Assembly (NCBI GenBank): GCA_037140175.1
Contig: JBAXEY010000001.1
Coordinates: 1-61,406 of the forward strand
Length of the DNA stretch: 61,406 bases
Direction: 5' to 3'
Origin: a bacterium
GTDB lineage: Bacteria; Patescibacteriota; CPR2; UBA1875; CAIMLA01
Within the stretch, counting starts at the first letter, position 1. The number at the start of each line of letters is the position of its first letter. The notes under the pieces are model-generated. The model was not told the DNA's origin and ran no database searches. It saw only the letters and a program-made list of their open reading frames with translations. This document shows, one piece after another, positions 56,336-61,406 of this stretch. A program made the position numbers and the translations under genes.

Positions 56336-57253
56336 TTATATACCAAGATAAGCCCTTGTGTTTAACCAAGCAATATCTTTTCTGATACTTACGGTGAGAG
56401 AGTCGAGAAACATTTTCTCTCTTTCATAATTAGTGCCTCTAGCCTCTCTATCTTTCCACGTCCTCGTAACTTTCGTCCAAGGCTCATCTGTCCCCCATAG
56501 AAGTCTTTTTGGAATCAAATTGTTCAGCTCAATAATTACTTTTTCTGGTGAATTGTAGTCTAGCGGAAGTAAGCCAATTTCGTCTTTTTCCGATGCATCC
56601 TTGCAAAGCAACAGAAATGGAGAGACATCAACATATATGTTTGGATGTTGAATAACCTCACACCAGAATTTCTTAAGAAAGCGTCCACAGTGAGCAACAC
56701 AGACTCGTACCTCAGGATATTTTTCTGCAAATCTTATTACATTGAGAGGATGGCTTGCTAAGTCTCTGCCGGAATGAGTTAATATCGGCCAGTTATTTTT
56801 ACTTGCCAGTTCTAACAAAAGTGGGTTTATTTCTGTGACCCCACAATTAGTTTCTAGGGTGAATAGCTTTAGCCCATAAAGACCAAACTTAGCGTGTAGG
56901 CTTTCGAGTAAATCACATTGCTTTCTAACGTTTTCTGTAGGATGGTATGCCGCAAAGGGTAAAACATTAGCCCCAAATAGCGCAGTTTCCATCATCAGAT
57001 AATTGTTGGATAGTTCATATGGAAACTGTTTTTTACTCTCGACAGCTTCGAAAGGAAGGTACATACTCATACTGGTACAAATTAACCAGTTTACATTGTT
57101 ATATAATGCCTTTCTAACTAAATCTTCAATACTTTGTACACTTGGGTATATCGTTCTGGCATAGTTGTAAACCGAAATTCCTGCATGAGTATGACAATCA
57201 ATAACCCCAGTTTGCTGACCCTTGATCTCTGCTAATTTGTTTCTGCAGTCCAT
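56336..57253 (-). CDS. amidohydrolase_2-type metal-dependent hydrolase (TIM barrel)
   Basis: 305 aa. VIDCHTHAG, HCGR and WGTDEPW motifs. The start overlaps the tyrS 3' end by 22 nt. Confidence 0.7.
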   Translation of the reverse strand: MDCRNKLAEIKGQQTGVIDCHTHAGISVYNYARTIYPSVQSIEDLVRKALYNNVNWLICTSMSMYLPFEAVESKKQFPYELSNNYLMMETALFGANVLPFAAYHPTENVRKQCDLLESLHAKFGLYGLKLFTLETNCGVTEINPLLLELASKNNWPILTHSGRDLASHPLNVIRFAEKYPEVRVCVAHCGRFLKKFWCEVIQHPNIYVDVSPFLLLCKDASEKDEIGLLPLDYNSPEKVIIELNNLIPKRLLWGTDEPWTKVTRTWKDREARGTNYEREKMFLDSLTVSIRKDIAWLNTRAYLGI

Positions 57254-58494
57254 CCTCTCTCACCTGCTTTCGCTCTGTGAGAGTTAACCTTAAACCATTT
57301 TCTTTTACCAACTTTAACCAAAATATTAGTTTTTGTCAGATCTACTTTGTCATCTATGTCTACTGTTCTACCCTCTATAGTCATAGCTCCTTGTTCAATC
57401 AGACGACGAATCTCAGAGTTACTACACTGATCTTTTGGCAAGCAGAGTCTCAACAGTTCAAAACCCGTTAAGCTTTTCCCCATAACAATTACTTCTGGAA
57501 TATCTTCAGGAATCTGTCTTTGACTAAAAGTTTTCTTAAACCAAACATATTCCTTGTTGGCAACAATTTCACCGTGATAACGTTTGACAATTTCCCGCGC
57601 AAGCATTAGTTTATACTTCATAGGATCGTCGACGTAAACTTTTTCTATTGATTGAATTTCTGTTAGAGAAACGTCTGTGTAGACCTCAAAGTATTGGTGG
57701 ATAAGATTGTCGGGCATGCTCATAACCCTACCAAATTTTTCTCTGGGGGTATGTGCAAGCCCTATGTAGTTACCCAGACTTTTGCTTTGCTTGGCCCGGC
57801 CATCGATGCCCGGAGTGATTTTTGTTGTTAAAATCACTTGAGGCCTTTGGCCAAACTTAACTTGCAAGGATCGACCCATCATCTCATTAAAAAGTTGATC
57901 GGATCCAATGATGGTCAAATCAGATTCTAATTGCACAGAATCGAAACCTTGCAAAACTGGATAAACCAATTCGTGCTCGTAGATCTCTTTCCCTTCTTTA
58001 ATGCGCTTTCTGAACATATCGCGAGAAACAAGAAAGTCATGAGTGACGCCTGACAAAAGAGACAGTAATTCCCTGGCCTTTAATGGTTCTAGCCACTCAG
58101 AATTGCGTCTTATTTCTAATACTTCTGGGTCATTCAACAACACCATTTTTGCTTGTCGCAAAAATTCGTCAGAGTTTCGCTGGATATCTTCTTTTGAGAT
58201 AATTGGTCTAAGTTTGTTTTTACCAGTCGGATCGCCAATCTGTGTTGTAAAGTCTCCTATAAGAAATATTATCTTGTGGCCCATTTCCTGTAGTTTTCGA
58301 TACATCCAGAGGTTAACTGCATGACCGATGTGTAAATCAGAAGCTGTAACATCTACTCCATATTTCATACGCAGCCTCTTACCCGAAAGAAGTCTTGTTT
58401 TCAACTCTTCCAAAGTAAATACATCGTCGGTTGTCCGCGTAAAACAATCTAGAAGACGATCAACTGCTTCTTCGTTAGAAATAATTTTTTTCAT
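57232..58494 (-). CDS. tyrS: tyrosine--tRNA ligase with C-terminal S4-like domain
   Basis: 420 aa. HIGH motif (LHIGHAVNL), GDFTTQIGDPTGK, KMSKS variant KQSKSLGN, and an S4-like C-terminal region. Confidence 0.85.
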   Translation of the reverse strand: MKKIISNEEAVDRLLDCFTRTTDDVFTLEELKTRLLSGKRLRMKYGVDVTASDLHIGHAVNLWMYRKLQEMGHKIIFLIGDFTTQIGDPTGKNKLRPIISKEDIQRNSDEFLRQAKMVLLNDPEVLEIRRNSEWLEPLKARELLSLLSGVTHDFLVSRDMFRKRIKEGKEIYEHELVYPVLQGFDSVQLESDLTIIGSDQLFNEMMGRSLQVKFGQRPQVILTTKITPGIDGRAKQSKSLGNYIGLAHTPREKFGRVMSMPDNLIHQYFEVYTDVSLTEIQSIEKVYVDDPMKYKLMLAREIVKRYHGEIVANKEYVWFKKTFSQRQIPEDIPEVIVMGKSLTGFELLRLCLPKDQCSNSEIRRLIEQGAMTIEGRTVDIDDKVDLTKTNILVKVGKRKWFKVNSHRAKAGERGWTAETN

Positions 58495-58570
58495 TTTACC
58501 AGCACTCCTTTTTGAGAGGTATCTATTGTCAAAGAGCGAACAAGCCTTGAAAGCTCCTGTCTGATGAATG

Positions 58571-58600
58571 ATTGTATGCCATTTCCCTCACTTTTGTCAA
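58571..58600 (-). promoter_or_regulatory. sigma70-like promoter of tyrS
   Basis: Minus strand TTGACA (58600-58595), 18-nt spacer, TACAAT (58576-58571). The leader is about 70 nt and ends in AAAGGAG. Confidence 0.5.
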
Positions 58601-58677
58601 GTCCATTATTGTTGCTTTCTCTCACGATTCTCCTTTTATAATATTCGAGTAATAATTATAGCAGGGAAAAATTTATT

Positions 58678-59646
58678 TTAACATAATAATTCTTTTGGGA
58701 TCCCAAGACATGATTCTTTAAAACTGCATTTAGCACATCGGGGCAATCTAATAAAAAGCTTATCGTTTAAATTAACCGCAGTTTGTTGTAAATTTTTGCT
58801 TACAATGTGCATGTCTGAATCTATGAAAACATAATTAATTTTTTTCCCCGAAAGCTCCACTGATGTTTCGACTGTGCTTTTCGCTTGTTCCCATAATAGA
58901 TCAATATATCGATTCGTTGTCCCGTTTTTTATTTCAAGAATACAGGCTACTGAGGGATGGATATAAATGCTTATTTTTGAACTATACTTTTTAACAATTT
59001 CTCCTAGCTGAGACGCAACAGATAAATAATCATCTGGTAAAATCCAGGGGTATTCTCTAATTCTATCTTCTGTGCCAAAAGGAAAGCGGAATTCAATCCC
59101 ATGGACTTTTCTCTTAACAAGATAGTCAGCTATACGGCTTAGTTCACTTTGGTTTGGCTTCATTATCAATGTATTTGCATCAACAGTAAGACCCATTTTT
59201 ATATAATTGTTTAGATTTTTTTTTATCTTATCTAGTGTCTTTGTTTGTGTGAATAAACGGTGTGTATGATTTGATAGAGTATGAAAAGAATTAAAAATAA
59301 TTGTATTAAACTTTACTAAATTTTTTATATCACTTTCTTTTGATATGGCCAGCCCGTTTGTGTGTAGCACAATTTCTTTTGGCTTAATATAAGTTTCAAT
59401 ATCTTCTAAAATTTTCCGGAAATCTGGTCTAATAGTTGGTTCACCTCCAGAAATAATTACTCTCTCTAGGTTGGGGTACTGATTCTTAATTTTTTTAAAT
59501 ACTAGTACGAATTTATTCCGACTTTGAGACAACTGGGGCTTTTTACGGTGAGCAAAAACACAAAAACTGCAATTCAAGTTGCAGAAATAACTGACTTTTA
59601 TCTCAAGAAATGTCTTTTCCAAAAATATATTTTCAGGTTTATTCAT
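58678..59646 (-). CDS. radical SAM protein with short C-terminal Cys motif
   Basis: 322 aa. CNLNCSFC (CxxxCxxC), GGEPT, and C-terminal CAKCSFKESC. Lies 6 nt downstream of the SPASM enzyme gene. Confidence 0.8.
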   Translation of the reverse strand: MNKPENIFLEKTFLEIKVSYFCNLNCSFCVFAHRKKPQLSQSRNKFVLVFKKIKNQYPNLERVIISGGEPTIRPDFRKILEDIETYIKPKEIVLHTNGLAISKESDIKNLVKFNTIIFNSFHTLSNHTHRLFTQTKTLDKIKKNLNNYIKMGLTVDANTLIMKPNQSELSRIADYLVKRKVHGIEFRFPFGTEDRIREYPWILPDDYLSVASQLGEIVKKYSSKISIYIHPSVACILEIKNGTTNRYIDLLWEQAKSTVETSVELSGKKINYVFIDSDMHIVSKNLQQTAVNLNDKLFIRLPRCAKCSFKESCLGIPKELLC

Positions 59647-59652
59647 AAATAT

Positions 59653-61173
59653 TCAATCAAATTTATTAATTATCTGATCTATACTTTTATTTTGCAAAGG
59701 GTAAAAACCATTTTTATTAATATATGTGGAAATAATTTTCTTGTTTTTTCTATCCAAAAGTGGCCAAATTGTTACCTCGGCCCGTGATAGCAAGTTACAG
59801 GCACTATTGTCCTGGCCATACTCTGTGTCAGGGGCGAAAGGATTATTCTTTTTTATGGCCCTATCATTGACACATTGGCCCTGACAAAGGTGTTCATATC
59901 GGCAATTATTACATTTATTTGAGACGATTTCTTCGGTTAGGTCATAAAAACTGTTTTCTTTGATACTTTGAAGCATTACTTCTAACAAATCTCCGTCCTT
60001 GATATTTGCGTTAGTCTGCGGCTTTGCTAGCAGGCATTCCATAATTTCTCCTTTTGGTCCGATAATCAGATACGAACCATGGCAAGGAAAACAGGGATGG
60101 TTGTCAAAACATTGAGTTGCTACTGTATACCCTTTATCAAACATTTCATGCTTAAAAAGCAAAGGAATAGATAGTTGGAACGGATACCCTTTATCACGAT
60201 GTATCTTGACTAAGTAATAAGTGAGCTTCACTACTTTTTCATAGTCTGGAATGTATTTATGGTTTCTTTTTAGGGCATTTTTTAGTTCATCAACAATGTA
60301 TGGGAAGCTAATCGTCCACCTATCCACCTTATTTTCAATAGCAAATTGATATATTTTATTTAACACTTTTTTTGAACAAAGATTTTCTGTCCACATTGAA
60401 TTGATACTAATTTTAATACCAGGAAGCTCTTTACGTATATTTATTAGTTTCTTGTAATGAATTTTGGAATATTTTGTATTAGAAAGTCCTTTTTCTGTAC
60501 TCAGCCCATCAATAGATGAATGCAAATGAAACTTGTTAGCCTTATGTAGGGTAATTTCTTTTAATTCTTGCAAGTGTTCAGTTATTAGTGACGAATTACT
60601 TAATAGCTCCACTTCATTCAAGCTTTCTTTTGATAAAGCATATTTTACTAAAGATATTACGCCTTTCTTTGTCAACGGCTCACCTCCCGTTATTTTTATG
60701 CTGCCCGACCCTAAAATGGCGGCTTGATCGATTATTTTTTTTAACTCATCGATACTCAATTCATAATATTGCGCTTTTCTAACAAGTTTTTCCCAGTCTG
60801 TGTCTCTTGAGCGTTGATAACAATATTCGCATTCATAATTACAAATGGCCGTAACATTTAAGTCTAGTTTACGCCTCAATTTGTCTAACAAAAGTCTTGT
60901 TGGCCTGTCAGGATGGAAAAGAGCAATAAATTCAGCAAAAGTTAGGCTCTCAAATTTTGCATTAATACTTCTTTGCTGCGCTGGCTCATAGTTTAAAAAC
61001 CACCCATCTCTAATTTTTTTGTAAAAAAAACCACTTTCTACTGAAATATGATTACTTTTAAGAATTTTTTCAAGATTTGTATAACTGCTTTTAAACAAAA
61101 TTTCTGAGTCTTTAAACTCCCGAAATATATGATTATAGCTATAATAAAATATTTCTTCTAAAGTATTCTTCAT
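59653..61173 (-). CDS. radical SAM/SPASM-domain enzyme with about 100-aa N-terminal extension
   Basis: 506 aa. CNYECEYC, GGEPL, and C-terminal CFPCHG...ECL...CNNCRYEHLCQGQC, typical of SPASM auxiliary-cluster domains. Confidence 0.85.
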   Translation of the reverse strand: MKNTLEEIFYYSYNHIFREFKDSEILFKSSYTNLEKILKSNHISVESGFFYKKIRDGWFLNYEPAQQRSINAKFESLTFAEFIALFHPDRPTRLLLDKLRRKLDLNVTAICNYECEYCYQRSRDTDWEKLVRKAQYYELSIDELKKIIDQAAILGSGSIKITGGEPLTKKGVISLVKYALSKESLNEVELLSNSSLITEHLQELKEITLHKANKFHLHSSIDGLSTEKGLSNTKYSKIHYKKLINIRKELPGIKISINSMWTENLCSKKVLNKIYQFAIENKVDRWTISFPYIVDELKNALKRNHKYIPDYEKVVKLTYYLVKIHRDKGYPFQLSIPLLFKHEMFDKGYTVATQCFDNHPCFPCHGSYLIIGPKGEIMECLLAKPQTNANIKDGDLLEVMLQSIKENSFYDLTEEIVSNKCNNCRYEHLCQGQCVNDRAIKKNNPFAPDTEYGQDNSACNLLSRAEVTIWPLLDRKNKKIISTYINKNGFYPLQNKSIDQIINKFD

Positions 61174-61197
61174 TTAGATCTTTTTGGTACCGTCCAA

Positions 61198-61223
61198 CGT
61201 TTGATAGCCAATACTATCAAACG
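61198..61223 (-). promoter_or_regulatory. perfect 10-bp stem / 6-nt loop hairpin between the sORF and the radical SAM gene
   Basis: CGTTTGATAG-ccaata-CTATCAAACG. No U-tract follows on the minus strand. Confidence 0.45.
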
Positions 61224-61225
61224 AG

Positions 61226-61315
61226 TTAGTTTAGGTAGCGCGAAACAATTGATGTACTCTCATTGCTCTTTTTGCTAATGAATACACCCTTCATGAAAAG
61301 AATTAGTTTTTGCAT
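61226..61315 (-). CDS. 29-codon sORF, candidate precursor/leader peptide
   Basis: Hand translation gives MQKLILFMKGVFISKKSNESTSIVSRYLN, with AAAGGG 4 nt before the ATG. It sits between a strong promoter and the radical SAM genes. It is too short for the ORF track and has no other support. Confidence 0.25.
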   Translation of the reverse strand: MQKLILFMKGVFISKKSNESTSIVSRYLN

Positions 61316-61345
61316 TTTTCCCTTTGCTTATCTCTAATATAGAAC

Positions 61346-61373
61346 ATTATAGTGCTAATTATTTTAAAGTCAA
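61346..61373 (-). promoter_or_regulatory. near-consensus sigma70 promoter of the radical SAM operon
   Basis: Minus strand TTGACT (61373-61368), 16-nt spacer, TATAAT (61351-61346). Confidence 0.5.
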
Positions 61374-61406
61374 TGTGGAACTTGATAAACATTAGTAATA
61401 ATATAT

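Noticed and set aside
58495-58677. A possible T-box or riboswitch leader upstream of tyrS. The same was considered for metG.
   Set aside because: The predicted tyrS leader is only about 70 nt and has no specifier, terminator or antiterminator architecture. The metG stop directly abuts the start of the downstream MFS gene, and metG's own start overlaps rsmI by 8 nt, so no leader is present there.
61174-61233. An in-frame upstream extension of the 506-aa radical SAM ORF, or a directly abutting upstream ORF ending at the TAA at 61176-61174.
   Set aside because: Hand translation of that frame gives 17 sense codons between two stops, with no ATG or GTG start. It is not coding.
1-61406. CRISPR arrays, rRNA genes, IS elements or transposases, and additional tRNAs.
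   Set aside because: No regularly spaced direct repeats, no rRNA-like conserved blocks, no transposase-like ORFs and no other T-loop (GGTTCGAATCC-like) signatures were seen on either strand.

Overview
This is a 61.4-kb AT-rich bacterial window. Gene content and style look like a small, fermentative, Patescibacteria/CPR-like genome; that taxon call is inference only. All product calls come from motif reading of the supplied translations, with no database search.

**1-42.7 kb, housekeeping.** Every credible gene is on the minus strand, tightly packed with many 1-26 nt overlaps.
- mnmA, a copper P-type ATPase, a minimal NifS/NifU Fe-S module, tatD, metG, rsmI, rsmA and pcrA/uvrD.
- A four-subunit 2-oxoacid:ferredoxin oxidoreductase plus an ADP-forming acetyl-CoA synthetase.
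- An almost complete lower-glycolysis supercluster: PfkB kinase, gpmI, eno, ppsA, fba, tpiA, pgk, gap.
- Membrane-anchored SH3b proteins, zinc-ribbon proteins and a Clp ATPase are interleaved with these.

**42.7-51.1 kb, mosaic accessory region.** It starts at a tRNA-Glu(UUC) gene with its own promoter and terminator at 42.7 kb.
- A Fic-domain protein preceded by a repeated operator-like motif.
- An ABC-2 exporter and a GT4 glycosyltransferase.
- A visibly G+C-richer plus-strand islet of small unknown proteins and an RlpA-like DPBB protein. Each has its own sigma70-like promoter and hairpin.

**51.1-61.4 kb, most interesting block.** This block is extremely AT-rich and lies on the minus strand. 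Read in transcription order it contains:
- promoter, 29-codon sORF, hairpin, then two tandem radical SAM enzymes (one SPASM-type);
- tyrS overlapping an amidohydrolase;
- an unknown 270-aa protein and a small membrane protein;
- a ThiF/E1-like enzyme, a SAM methyltransferase and a polytopic histidine kinase with no response regulator.

Two of its sub-operons carry a duplicated 31-nt promoter box. I read this as a candidate peptide-modification (RiPP-like) or small-molecule locus. That reading is a hypothesis only.
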